Shown: in pieces, positions 39,135 to 52,029 of the stretch | Position numbering within the stretch: position 1 is the stretch's first letter | How the letters are laid out: every line of letters begins with the position of its first letter | Source of the DNA: Octopus sinensis | Lineage: Eukaryota | Direction of reading: 5' to 3' | Length of the DNA: 64,000 nt | NCBI RefSeq assembly: GCF_006345805.1 | Contig: NC_043005.1 | Coordinates: forward strand, 98,518,001 to 98,582,000 | The notes under the pieces: model-generated | What the model saw: the letters and a program-made list of their open reading frames with translations, nothing else | What the model was told of the DNA's origin: nothing | The model's database searches: none | Program-made: the position numbers and the translations under genes

Positions 39135-39480
39135 CAACAAACAACAAAGTCTGTTTAAGGGAATGAAAGACCAAATTAATGATCAACAAGGTGGTTTTGA
39201 GGATTCACAGAAGGAGAATGACAAATCTATGCATTGTGTGGATTGATTATAGAAAGGCATATCGTTTAGTCTCATACTTGTGAATCAAACATTACCTAGA
39301 ACTGTTCAACACATCAAAAAAATATTAGATGTCTGTTAGAAAATGCATTGAAGAATAGAGTTTAACCATCAGGAGAGGAAAGATTAGCAAATATACTGAT
39401 CAGAAGAGGAATCTTTCAAAGAGCAGCCAGTCCCTTATTTTGTTTGTAATAGTACTTATCTTTTTGTTGATTATATGAAA
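39135..39480 (+). mobile_element. Old R4/Dong-like RT fragment
   Basis: Remnants of LMINKVVL, VWIDYRKAY and IRRGIFQ. Confidence 0.65.
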
Positions 39481-40224
39481 CAAAGCTAAGGAAGGAATAA
39501 AATAGAAGGAAATTGTATCATATCTTAGCTCTCCTCCCCCAATCTACAGGTGGATGGCTAGAGCAAACCTATCCACTCAGTCCAAGCTTTCCATTACACA
39601 CTGGGAGGCAACACTTCTCTCTTCCCCATCATTTTCCTTTTCAAGTATAACTTCAAAATATATTGAGGTGTGGGCTTAGCCTAAGAGGAACCTCTTTCAA
39701 CAAGGCCATCAGACAGATAAAAACTGCCGGCCCTTCCCAGTCAAAGGAAGATTGTGTGCTGGCAGAATAGTTAGGGCAACAGAAAAATTGAGTTGTGGTA
39801 CTTGTTCTAGCACTTCTTGCACTCAGTTCAAATCCTGCTGGAGTCAACTTTGCTTTTCATCCATTTGGGTCCATAAAAATAATTACCAGCTGAGTGCAGG
39901 GGTGCATGGCATTGGGTAACCCTTCTCTTCAAAATCGTTGGCCTTGTGTCTAAATAAGAAACATATAGTAATAATAGAATCAAATGTTAGCACGAGGCCA
40001 ACAATTTTAGATGATGGGGACAGTTAATTAGATTGACCCAGGTGCTCAACTGGTATTTCATTTATTGACTTAAAAAGATGAAAGGTAAAGTTTTGAACTC
40101 AGAACACAAAGAGAGAGAAGAAATGCTGCAAAGCATCTTGTCTGATATGCCCAACAATTTTTACCAACTTACCATCTCAACAACAACAACAACAACAGCA
40201 GCAGCAGCAATAATAATAATAATA

Positions 40225-40277
<53 letters not shown>

Positions 40278-40709
40278 GAAGAAGAAGAAGAACAACAACA
40301 ACAACAGCAATTACTACTACCCTGCTAAGCACAGCCCAAATTCTATGGAAGACAGTTGCACAACACACAAAGTCCATCCAAAAAAATAACAACACATTAA
40401 TTACTATCTGACATTTTAACACCAACAAATTACACGATTCGCATTCTACACAATTGTCAAACAGCACAGTGTACTCTACATAATCACTGTCAGAAATCAA
40501 AGCACTTAGCACAACACATACGAAATGCAGTCAACCCCCAACAAGATAATGCAACTCACATAGCACATACTTTTCACAATAAACACTAAAATAATACCAG
40601 AAACAACAAAACAAAGCTGATTGATATAGCATCTAAACGCGTTTCTCGCAAAACAATCCTGTGTACATCTCAGGACAAAAAGGGTGGACATTCAGAATGT
40701 AATGCTTAC

Positions 40710-40810
40710 TTCACAACACATTGCTTTAAAGGAAGTATCCAACAGCCGTCGACATGTGACAGGTAAATGGAGATTTCTTCCTAATATTTTGAGATCACGA
40801 GGTTCCACAT
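40710..40810 (-). CDS. AFG1L: AFG1-like ATPase exon 10 (DVEPRDLKILGRNLHLPVTCRRLLDTSFKAMCCE)
   Basis: PRxLKxxGRxL motif. 101 nt, AG/GTAAGC. Confidence 0.93.
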
Positions 40811-40904
40811 CTGGAAATAAAATACAAAGGAAAATTTCTTTTAAATTTTAATGAAATGAATTTATTTAAAACATAATTTAACACATCATATCAATCGTTA
40901 TACA

Positions 40905-41143
40905 CTAATGTATAGGCGTAGGAGTGGCTGTGTGGTAAGTAGCTTGCTTACCAACCGTTATATATGTGTGTACCGTTGGCGATTTTTTTCCCTCTGTCTT
41001 TCCTTCTCCTATGTTTCCGACGAAGAGCTCCGCTTGAAACGTTAAACCCTCCTTCTTCCCTTCTTTCCTGAGCATCCAATAATACAATATTTGTTCCACA
41101 TCCTCGCGTTGTTGTGTTTTTTTGTGTTTTCTTGTTTGGATTA

Positions 41144-41233
<90 letters not shown>

Positions 41234-41470
41234 TGTATGTGTGTGTGTATGTTTGTGTGTCTGTGTGTGTTATCCCAACATCGCTTGACAACTGATGCTG
41301 GTGTGTTTACGTCCCCGTAGCTTAGCGGTTCGGCAAAAGAGACCGATAGAATAAGTACTAAGCTTACAAAGAATAAGTCCTGGGGTCAATTTGCTCAACT
41401 AAAGGCGGTGCTCCAGCATGGCCACAGTCAAATGACTGAAACAAGTAAAAGAGTAAAAGAGAGTAAAGAG
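40905..41470 (+). mobile_element. Family B SINE with internal deletion and nested insert
   Basis: Head and 3' half of family B. 40970-41145 is foreign sequence inside the (TA)n spacer. Confidence 0.85.
41013..41047 (+). ncRNA. Degenerate minimal (Penelope-type) hammerhead ribozyme motif
   Basis: GTTT-CCGACGA-A-GAGC-TCC-GCTT-GAAA-CGTT-AAAC. Core position U4 is C, so it is probably inactive. Confidence 0.5.
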
Positions 41471-42880
41471 TAATGTATTTGGACTAGTATCCTGTTCTTG
41501 ATTATTATAGACACATTGTTTTTACTGCTATACTGTTGTATTCAATAATATTCTCAGAATTTTGAACTAAAACTTTTATGAAATCCATTAGGGTAGACTG
41601 TTCTTATTCCATTGTTCATATCAAGGATATTCACCATATTAGTTACTTCAGTACTTGTGAACATCATCATAATTTTACATAAACTTTTTGTGCTGTCATA
41701 AGTTGTATGGCTCAATAAGATCCAGTAGGTGGGAGGACCAAATCTTACTCCTGTGTCTCAATTTTTACTAGGTTCTACAGCTAGCTGCCCTACTTAACAC
41801 CAACCGTTTTGCAGTGTACACTGAGTGCAGTTTATCTTGGCACCAGCACTCTTTATATTATGTACTTGGTGTTTTTTTTCTTTTCTTTTTTACAAATGGA
41901 ATGAGAACAATCAAGCTGTGGGATTTAATAAAGTGTTTGACTTCAAACTTCAAGAACAATACTGAATATGACAGACAGCACCCGAAGAAAGCCTGTAGTA
42001 CATTGGCTGAAACATGAAGAAATTGAGGCAAATCATATTAAATGTTATTTTAGCAGATTATATTAGATTATAAGGTAAATGATCATATTAAATTAGTTTC
42101 AAATTATAGGAAATTAAAAGAATGTTTGCAGGGATCACATGTATAATTAATTATATATCAGTTTAGCTTTATTTCCTGTATACCAACAGTAGAAATCTTC
42201 CAGCTTTGTTTGTGTTTAATAACCCAAAACTAATTTAATAGTAGTACATGGTTTATGAGTAAAAGTTTAAAAATACATTAATACAGTGAAAAATTAATAA
42301 AAAGTTAGGCTGTATAATATTAATAAAATGTTAGGTGTGCTTAATGTGTTAAGGAAATGTATATCCATGTTCCTGTGTTTTATAATGTCTGGTAGAAAGC
42401 TTCCATACATATTTTTACATTTATAAGAACAAAAGTGCATAACCTGATTATGGCAATTGTATAGAGGTGAAAAAAACCCAACAAAATCTGATAACATACA
42501 TATTTTTATACTGGTGGTAAATGACATCGCCAAAAGATTTTTCATTCAACTTAAGTGTCGCACGATTTGTAACAGCTGAAAGAGAGTGGATTCCATTCTA
42601 TCGAGGCAAAACAAAGCGCTAATGGCTACTTAAAAGCTAAAGGAGAAAGAAAGAGAGAGTGAAATAAAACTACTGGCACATAGTTGTTGCCAAGCAAAAA
42701 CACCAAAAGACAGTGGAAACAGCTAAACTTCTGTTTAGCCCCTTAGCAATTAAACTGACCATATCTGGCCCAAATATTCAACCTGTTTTAAGTCAAACTG
42801 GCCTGACCTGATCTCTGACATCTACCGGACAATTTCATTCTAAGAATAAACAATAATATCATTGAAATTTTGAAGCTATG

Positions 42881-43367
42881 AGCTACTTTCCTCTCTGGTC
42901 AATCTCTCATCAACTTCTTCAAGTATCACTTGAAAAGAAAAGTGAGAGTAGAGAGGCAAGTTTTGTCTAGCGAATGTTTCAAAAAAAGACGGGTGAATGT
43001 AGCAAGGATGGCTTGTATGAATGGTGAAGCCACCTTGAGCATAATCCTATGAACCCGGAAAAATTTAAAACAGAGAGTTTGCAAATAAATGTGCTAACAT
43101 GTGACATTATTGACCGAGGTTACCATGGTCTTTTCCGTAGGCTTTTCTTTCCACGGATAAACCTCATCTACTTCCCCCTTTACACTTTATATCATGACAT
43201 TTCTGTGATACACGATCCCTATTGATCGTTTTTTTTCTTTTCTTTCCTTTTTACGATCCCTTTTGATCGAAAACCTACCCCCACTTTTTTTTTTCAAAAA
43301 AAAGAAAAGCTCTACTTTGTAATTTGTCCCGTCTGTGTGCAGCCCTGTGTGGCTAATAAAGAAACAT
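42881..43367 (+). mobile_element. L1/Tx1-like LINE 3' end nested in a piggyBac-type MITE (42735-43440)
   Basis: Translates to LINFFKYHLKRKVRVERQVLSSECFKKR, with a 3' UTR ending AATAAAGAAA. The flanks rejoin into the MITE. Confidence 0.55.
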
Positions 43368-43548
43368 AATGCATAATTAATTCAAAACAATGTGAATAAA
43401 TAAGCATAACATTTGACAGAATAATCTGAATGCTAAGTAGCAAAAAGGCTGACAAATTAGTAGTCTCTGATTGGTCCATATAACACTTGTGACAAAGTAG
43501 CGAAGCATTAAAATGTTACCTGACCAATCAAAATTATTTTGGCAACAG

Positions 43549-44376
43549 TCACTATTTTGGGAGGAGAAACCCAGCGTCCACCTACTCCCTCCACAACACT
43601 ATTCTCAAAAAGTCTTCATGTGAACGTGACCTGGGTGTTATTGTCGACAGTGATTTGCGTTGGACAAAACAATTCGCTAAAATTGCCAAGAAGGCTGAGG
43701 GTATCTTGGCATCACTCACCAAATCCTTTGTAAGCCGCTCTCCAACTATCTATTTGCGACTTTATATAGCTATGGTAAGACCTCACCTGGAATTTGCATC
43801 ACCAGTCTGGAACCCCTATCTTGCCCAGGATATCAATCGTCTGGAAGCCGTTCAGCGACGTGCAACCAAGAGAATACCCGCCATCAGGCATTTGCCATAT
43901 CCTCAACGCCTTACTTCCCTGGGGATGGACACATTGAAACTCCGACGTCTGGCAGGTGACTTGGCAGACACCCATAAAATTATCAACCATCGTACAAACA
44001 ATAACTCTGAGCACCTTTTCAAACTCCACCTATCTAACACCCGTGGACATATTTACAAAGTCAGAAAACAGCACAGCTCCCATGACTTTCGGAAACATTT
44101 TTTCACGCTGAGAGTTGCTGAAGCATGGAACAAACTGCCAGCATCAGTTGTTAGTTGTCGGAGCACTGCATCCTTCAAAACTTCCATGCTTTCTGAGATT
44201 CGCCAACACTACACCTGATTTTCTCCCCTCCATACACACACAAGCATGTATCTGACTCATGCATTGTTTGCTTTCCAGACATTTGTACATTACTGCATAT
44301 ACTCTGACAAGTTGTGGTGCACCTGAGCACTGTATATAATAATTTCATTATTATTATTATTATTATTATAATTATT
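43549..44376 (+). mobile_element. CR1-type LINE 3' fragment with (TTA)n tail
   Basis: ERDLGVIVDSDL...MVRPHLEFASPVWNPYL...LEAVQRRAT...WNKLP (ORF 43655-44218). Confidence 0.92.
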
Positions 44377-45408
44377 TTAAATATAAAAGCAATAGAATTC
44401 AAAACTTAGGCTTCTGTGAATTAAACACCACCTCAGATAAAACCGTGATTAGGGTAACACCTTATTCATACTCATTCAAGTAGTAAATAACAAATGAGGA
44501 GAATATTTGAAATCAGAGACAATATCAACTTGCACTTGTGATAATTACCTTCATTTCAGTGACTGTAGTTTTGTTCTTATCCATTAGACCACATAATTAC
44601 ATAATTTATTTTACTGATTGAGATAATTGGTACTTTTTTTTTTTGAAGTACCTTCATATTCTAAACACCTATCAGGAAGTTTAGTGAGAATTAGTAAATG
44701 AGGTACATGTATATCCAAGGACCCAATCTTCAGCAAAACACTAGTGTTAATAATCCTTTCTACTATGGGCATAAGGCCTGAAATTTTAGTGGGTGTGGAG
44801 AGTGTCGATTACATCAAGTCCAGTACTCAAATGGTACTTATTTCATAAACCCTGAAAGGCAAAAGCTCAGAGTCAGAAAAATGCCACTAAGTATTTTGTC
44901 CAACATGATAATGGTTCTGCTAGCTTGCCACCAGTATTAATAAGGTTGATTTTTAACATACACACAAATCCACAAATTTGGTGGCGGGGGTAGCTGATTA
45001 AACTAACATAAATGGATATAACTAAATATCATAAGACATTTTTTCTTTTCCTGGTGCTTTATCAATAGACTGTAGCAAAGTGTATCTGGTGTACTTGATT
45101 TGTATGAAATGCTTGGCAATTATTCATAAATTAATTAGCATAATGTAGAAACATATTCCACAAAAAAATTTATCTTTTGTGGAATGGTGTATTAAAAATG
45201 CAAGAAAAATTCTTAAAAAGTTGCATTTCATAAACTAGTATTAAAGAAATCTTTTTTAAACTCATTCACAATACCTATCTCAGCTTTTTGTGAAGTTAAA
45301 GAGAAGAGAAACAAATTTTTCCTGAGCAAACTGCTGGTCAATTAATGTTAGATTTCCTCTCAGGCTATACAAAGCACTGTAGACCAACAAATAACTTGGC
45401 AATTTTAA

Positions 45409-45618
45409 CCCTTTCGTTACCTACCTGGCTGAAACCAGCTCTGGCTTTGAGTACAAATGTCTTGTTTTGAATTAAAATCTTCCACCAAACCTTAGTCACA
45501 ATTTATGTACCTAACACTAGCTGAATGGTAACTAAGTTATTTAACTAAATTCTTTGTTATATTTAAAATAATTGAAAGAAACACAGAGCATCCCAAAATA
45601 AATAGAGTAACGAAAGGG
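45409..45618. mobile_element. piggyBac-type MITE
   Basis: Perfect 12-bp TIR CCCTTTCGTTAC/GTAACGAAAGGG with TTAA on both sides. Confidence 0.85.
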
Positions 45619-45836
45619 TTAAAGTACATCGTCTGCTTGAAATGATACTTTCTGAGAACTTGAAAGTTAAAATTTTGTTATAGATTAAGAACAAACATAC
45701 AATGTCTTGATTTAAAAGTAGTTGAGTAAACAGATCAAGAATAACATAACACTTGCTACAACCTGTCTTAGTCTATCTAGGGACTAGATCATAAATGTGT
45801 TTAAATTAAACTGCATGTGATTACTCAAAGACTTAC

Positions 45837-45907
45837 CAGATTTCTGAGACTCACACAAAGAACTGAATACTTCATCCACTTTTGTTTCACAATCAGCTTC
45901 TGTGGTT
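45837..45907 (-). CDS. AFG1L: AFG1-like ATPase exon 9 (LTTEADCETKVDEVFSSLCESQKS)
   Basis: Resembles human LTSEADVEAVMDKLF (recalled). 71 nt, AG/GTAAGT. Confidence 0.92.
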
Positions 45908-47066
45908 CTATAAAATCAAAAGAAATTTCTTTATAGTCATCAGGTTTTCCTTTTTACTTCTTTTTAACTTCCAATTTTCCATATTATATAAAAAGTGCAA
46001 TTAGTTATGAAGACTTAAGCACCATCATATCACTGAAGTAATTATTAACTACTTTTGAAGTAAGAGTTGTTTCTACCATTAACCACACAATACAAATTAG
46101 AAGTGGAACCTATCTGTCAGCAAAATAGGTTGGAGCGATCTAAGTTCATATGTTTACTCATGTATAAAATGCACATTTTTTTTAAATGATCCAAAAATTA
46201 CCCCATGTCTAATGTGGCCATATTTCAGAAGGGTGACTGAGCACCATAGACAAGAAAAATGGAAGTCCACTAGGTATAATAATTGTTACTAATAGTAAAA
46301 CATTGACGATAGCCAAATTATCACAGACTTGTTAACACAAACTTATGAAAAATTGCCTACAGTACATCATAGTTATGTGGTGAGTTCCCATCATCTCATT
46401 ACACCCACTTCCTTAGCATACATAATCCATGTCTGATAAGTCTTACATTATTGAAAGACTCTGATACCTTTAATAAACATTTTTTAGCTACCTAAATAAG
46501 AATTTCTCCCAGAAAAATGAAAAGAAAGTTAAATTTTCATCTGCCTGTTAGCTATTACCAACAAGTGGATGACAACAAAATCATAGCTGTGGTGCATCAC
46601 CTTGATGGTTGATCACAGTTACACAAAATATCATAGCCAAAAAATGAGCTTTACAATCTGTATGACAATTCTCTTGATCAAAATATAAACAACTATACTC
46701 AGTTGATGTAAAGGAAAATAAAGTTGAAATATGGAACTCTTATAATGCAATTCACTGATGCTAAATTCATTGTTTCATTCTTTATTCCAATGTAATGCCA
46801 CCATATTGTATTTACATGCATAAAATCATATATTCCCCATTGCAACAAAATTACTTTAAAATATCATTCAATAAATGTATGATGAAGCATACTAAATTTG
46901 GTTGTTTTTCCACAAAATACACTTGTAAAAAAGGGGTGTGGCATAAGGAAGAGTGTGTTTTATATGCTGGTAAATACAGTGTATGCCTTGTCCATAGAGA
47001 AGCTACTAATCACAACCCAACAGCCAATCTAGAGGATGAGGAGGATTTTTCCTCCCATTTGTTTAA

Positions 47067-47266
47067 CTCTTTTGTTACCAATCCAGCTGAAACCAGCTCT
47101 TGTTTTCCTAAGTTTTGAATTAAAATCTTCCACCAAACCTTAGTCACAATTTATGTTCCTAACACTAGCTTAATGATAACGAAGTTATTTTACTAAATTC
47201 TTTGTTATATTTAAAGTAATTGAAAGAAACACAGAGCATCCCCCCAAAAATACAGTAATGAAAGGG
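47067..47266. mobile_element. piggyBac-type MITE, second copy
   Basis: Same body as 45409-45618, TTAA flanks. Confidence 0.82.
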
Positions 47267-47925
47267 TTAATGTCACAGAAACTGAATATAAGTACTGGAT
47301 TCTTGTGTTTCTAAAAAAAAAATTACTTTAACTTATTTGCAAGAGATCAAACACTTCCACAAGGTGATATGAACTCCCAACCCAGGAGTTGGAAGTACTC
47401 CACCATTTTATCCTTACATCTCATAAAAATTATGTCAAAAGAACTTGATTTGACAAGATGAATTATAGGGCTATATTTATAAAAGTCAACAAAGAGATTG
47501 ATTTTTAGATAATGCACTTAGAGGAGGAAGGGAAGCACTCATAACCCTTTTTAGAGTTAATGGCACTTCTCTTCCTCTGTGACTAATGGAAGAAAGAAAG
47601 TGATCCTCAGACACAACACCCAGCCTCAATCAGCCCAGTGGATTCCACTAAAAGCACTTATAGGTGTTCAGCTAGGCAATGAATTAATTATGTTTCCCAA
47701 GAACAAATTCTGTCTACCCAGTTTAACTCGCAAGGTCTTAGTTGATCCATGGATGTAGTAAAAGATACTTACCAAAGGTCTCATGGAGTGAGCTCAAAAC
47801 TGAAACAACATTTTAATTTAATAAAGGAAAATGAACAGAAAAACTCAACATTGGTATAAAATATTTGCTTCAGTCTAAATCTAGTCACCATACTCTATAG
47901 AATTGAATAAGATGATATTACGTAC

Positions 47926-48008
47926 AAAAAATAAGTCTTCCCTTCAGTAATCAATTGCTTCATTCGGTAGTCTATACCTGAGTCCAGACACAATACATAA
48001 CAAAAATC
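47926..48008 (-). CDS. AFG1L: AFG1-like ATPase exon 8 (DFCYVLCLDSGIDYRMKQLITEGKTYF)
   Basis: LDSGIDYR motif. 83 nt, AG/GT, phase-consistent. Confidence 0.95.
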
Positions 48009-49871
48009 CTGTGAAAAACAAATGTTTAAAAATGTGAAAAATTATGATGAATGGAACAACATTTGAAGTGTGATTTGTTGTTGTATTAATTGTCAATATT
48101 ATGACACACGATGACAGTAACATAGTACAAACAATAGAGCAATGGACTACATGACATTTACACACAATCATTTAAATCAAAATCTTGCTAATGTTAAAAT
48201 TTTACTTGTCGTTCCATGAGGTATGTTAAATAAGTAATAGACACACAAGGGTGGAAGTAAATATGGTATTGTGAAAATGTAAGAAATCCGTATTCTAACA
48301 TATGAAGTTGGAAGAAATAAGGGATGAAATACCTTACAGTAGTCAATTTCAATTCACCCCTTCTGAGTTCAAATCCTATAAAATGAGTTCCAGTAATATA
48401 TTCAGGTTGATTCAAATACAACTATATCGCTTCCCTTATAAAATTTAAGGCACTCTACTGTCTCTATCAACTTGCAATAATAGTAAAAACAATGCGCATG
48501 GCTTAATGGTTGGAGTATTTAGTTCAAATTGTGTGCTCATGAATTCGAATCCCAGCTGTTTTTTGTGTCCTTGTTGCTCAATCCACTCAGTTGGCAAAAA
48601 TGAGTAGTACTAGTATTTCAAAGGGCAAGACTTGTCACATTCTGTGTTGCATTGAATCTCCCTGAGAACTACGTTAAGGGTATGTGTGTCTGTGGAGTGC
48701 TGAGCCGTTTGCATGTTAATTTCACAAGCAAAGGATCAACCGAAACCCCCATTGTCATAACTGACAGAATGCAAGTTAAGTTAATAACAATGAGAACAAC
48801 AACAATAACTGGTTAACATTTTGGCACAAGGCCAGCAATTTTGAAGGGATGTGCTTAGTTGACATCATCAACTCTAGTACTTAATTAGTCCTTTATTTTA
48901 TCAAGCCCAAAGTTGACTTTGGTGGGATATTAGATATATTTCATTTTAACAAGCAAGGGAAATAACCCATTCGCCCAGATTTTAACAGCCAAGGGAAATA
49001 ACCCATTCGTTTTCCTAAATCATTTGGCATAAATCAAATTGAGTTTGCTTATTTCTTAGTATTTGAACTGTTAGAGTTATTTTCGCAATTTATCCAGTAT
49101 AACTCTTAAACAAGTATTTTCCTAAGCAATAGATCCACTTATTTCAGTTAGTGATTTATTCATGAATATACCAACACTTGCGCCGCTGAGGGTAATATTT
49201 TCTGGGAATGCACAAAAGCCCTTTTCAGAGTTATTTACTTTGAATTGTTATTATTTCATATATGATTAGCCTGTTATTACGTAACATGCTTCCCGATTTT
49301 AGTACACATACCTTATTAGTATTTCCTCCTAGTTTCTATATACTCTGGGAATGCATTAAAGCCCTTTTCGGGGCTACTTTAGTTGCATTCTTACTATCGG
49401 GTAACTAAGTTCATGTTATTACATAATTGACTTCACAATTTGGGTATTCATAATATATTGGGAATTCCTAAAAACAAGGTCCTGTGTAAGACAGTTTAGT
49501 AGTCTCTGAAAATGCACAAAAACCATTTTAAGGGCTACATACTTTATATTGTTATTATTGGATTAGCAAAACAATTATGAGAATGGAACCAAGGGATAAG
49601 CCCTGCTTTCCAGGGAATTACCAGATATGTCAGCTAGTAATAAAAATAATAGCTTCAAATTTTGGCACAAGGCCAGCAGTTTTAGGGGTGGGGTTAAGTC
49701 GACTACATTGACTCCAGTACTTATTTTATCATCCCCGAGACGATGAAACGCAAAGTCAACCTTGACAACATTTGAACTCAGAACGTAAAAACAGACAAAA
49801 TGCTTAGCAGCATTTTGCATGGCATGTTAACAATTTTGCCAGCTCACCATCTCCTCCTCCTGATTTAAGTA

Positions 49872-50209
49872 TCTGAGACCCCCTTCGGTCACGACACTGA
49901 CCATGGGATTGCACCTAGAAAGTTACCCTCCCAGGCACAAGTCCGGGCAAGGTTGTTTATGGAAGACCCGCAGTTGCCCACGCATGCCGGCCTCCCCTCT
50001 CCACGCCACCAGTGTTATCCAAGGGAAAAGCAGGGGCCGATACAGCTTGGCACCTGTGACGTCGCAACTCATTTCTACTACTGAGTGAAGTGGAGCAACG
50101 TGAAATAAAGTGTCTTGCTCAAGAACACAGCACGCAGCCTGGTCCGGGATTCAAACTCACAACCTCATGATTGTAAGCTTGACGCTCTAACCACTGAGCC
50201 ATGCGCTTT
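49872..50209 (-). mobile_element. tRNA(Arg)-like SINE (family D) with 12-bp TSD
   Basis: TSD CTGATTTAAGTA. Homologous to 61735-62060. Confidence 0.88.
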
Positions 50210-50512
50210 CTGATTTAAGTACAAGACTACCAATTCTGAGTGGAAGAGGTTACTTGATGACATCCTCCCTACAACTAGGCTGATACACTATTTTATCAAT
50301 CCTGTAGAGGTGAAAGGTAAGTTGACCTTGGTGGGATTAAGAAACTAGTTGGGCAAAACTAAACACTGTAAAGTATTCAATAAAGCACTCATCATTACCT
50401 TCCTTAAAATAGAAAGTGTAACCATTTATATAGTATCAGGCATGATTTGAAAAAAGAATTCTTACATCTTTTTTAAAGTAAAATATGGAAAGATCAATTG
50501 TATGTTGTTTAC

Positions 50513-50571
50513 CTTTAATATATCAATAAATGGTACAAAATTAGCTCGTTGAAGTCCATTTTTATAAAGAT
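50513..50571 (-). CDS. AFG1L: AFG1-like ATPase exon 7 (DLYKNGLQRANFVPFIDILK)
   Basis: LYKNGLQRANFVPFI motif. 59 nt, AG/GT. Confidence 0.97.
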
Positions 50572-50739
50572 CTGTAAGAAGAATAATGTCAAATAATGAG
50601 AAATATAAAAAAACTAATACATATTGAACAGAGATGCATGCGCACACACACAAACCATACACTATAGAAAGAAAAGGAAAATGAAATCAATTCAGTATTA
50701 TGTATTTAACGAGGGCAGGTTTGTTCTTCTAACAGGATT

Positions 50740-51000
50740 GTCCTTTCAGGTGCCAATACTACACAAAAAGCACCTGTGCTGGTGCTGCGTAAACACACCC
50801 TGCATAGATGCACTTGTGCCAGTGGCATGTAAAAGGCACCCAGCACACCCTGTCAAGTGGTTGGTGTTAGGAAGGGCATCCATCTGTAGAAACCATGCCA
50901 CAACAGACAATTGAAGTCTGGAGAGCTCCCAACTGACTGGCTCCATGTCAAACCCTCCAACCCATGCCAGTATGGAAAGTAGATGTTAAACAATGATGAT
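50740..51000 (+). mobile_element. RTE 3' UTR fragment
   Basis: Conserved terminal region and (GAT)n. Confidence 0.8.
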
Positions 51001-51078
51001 GAATTGTTAAAATGGTCAGAAATGAACATCAAAAAGTGATGTAGGAAGAGTAAATTAATTCATAACATGTTGAAATTC

Positions 51079-51238
51079 TTTTCTATTCTAGGCACAAGGT
51101 CCGAAATTTTGGGGGAGGGGGCCAGTTGATTAGATCAACCCCAGTATGGAACTGGTACTTAATTTATCAACCCCAAAAGGATGAAAGGCAAAGTTGACCC
51201 AGGCAGAATTTGAACTCAGAACATAAAGGCAGATGAAA
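51079..51238 (-). mobile_element. Family A SINE fragment with 18-bp TSD
   Basis: TSD ATAACATGTTGAAATTCT on both sides. Confidence 0.85.
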
Positions 51239-51792
51239 TAACATGTTGAAATTCTAAAAGTTAATTACAGTGTTACTTGGCAGTTCTAAACATTTGATGA
51301 GGATAATTTCTTCAATATGCAGGTTTCCAAAATTTTCTTAAAACTATAACATTGACAACCATCATAGCGCTGGTGATAAGGTATGAACTATCCACCTCTA
51401 ATTAGTCATAAAACAGTCAATCAAACAACTGCCTGTCAACCTAGCAATTCAAATCCTAGTTTTGAATGTGTTCACATCATCCTTTATAATTAACCCTTTT
51501 GATATCAACCTGCCTGAGACCACCCTTGGCTCTGTGGCACAAACATTTTGTTTTTAAAGAGTTCTGAATTAAAACCTTCTGTCAGAACTCAGTGTTAAAT
51601 TATGGTCCAAACACCAGTTAATAATGACAAAACTATTTTACTAAATACTTCATTATTTTCAAAATTAATTGAGGTAAAGATAAGGTATGCCAACAGAAAT
51701 ATGGTAGTAACAAAAATGTTAAACAAGGAAAAATAAATAAAATTAGGAAAAAATGTAAAACTCAGTTCCAATGCATTTGTTTTCTGACGTAC

Positions 51793-51892
51793 CGTCTGGA
51801 GGTCGATTGGAAGTAGCAACTACAACAATTCCATTATTGAAAAGTTCAGTAAACAAACTCTTCAAGATCATAGCATCTGCAATATCAGTCAC
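51793..51892 (-). CDS. AFG1L: AFG1-like ATPase exon 6 ([33 protein letters not shown])
   Basis: [10 protein letters not shown] and ATSNRPP family motifs, translated by hand. 100 nt, AG/GT. Confidence 0.97.
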
Positions 51893-52029
51893 CTGAAATT
51901 GTTAAAAATGGTTTATTTAGTATTTTATGTAATGTAGTATTTGTCTTCTTCTTTTCTTATTGGTCATTCCTTGAGAAATGAACTGCATTCCTGGTCTTCA
52001 TAGGCCCTCTGAGACAAGTGAGATTGGGG

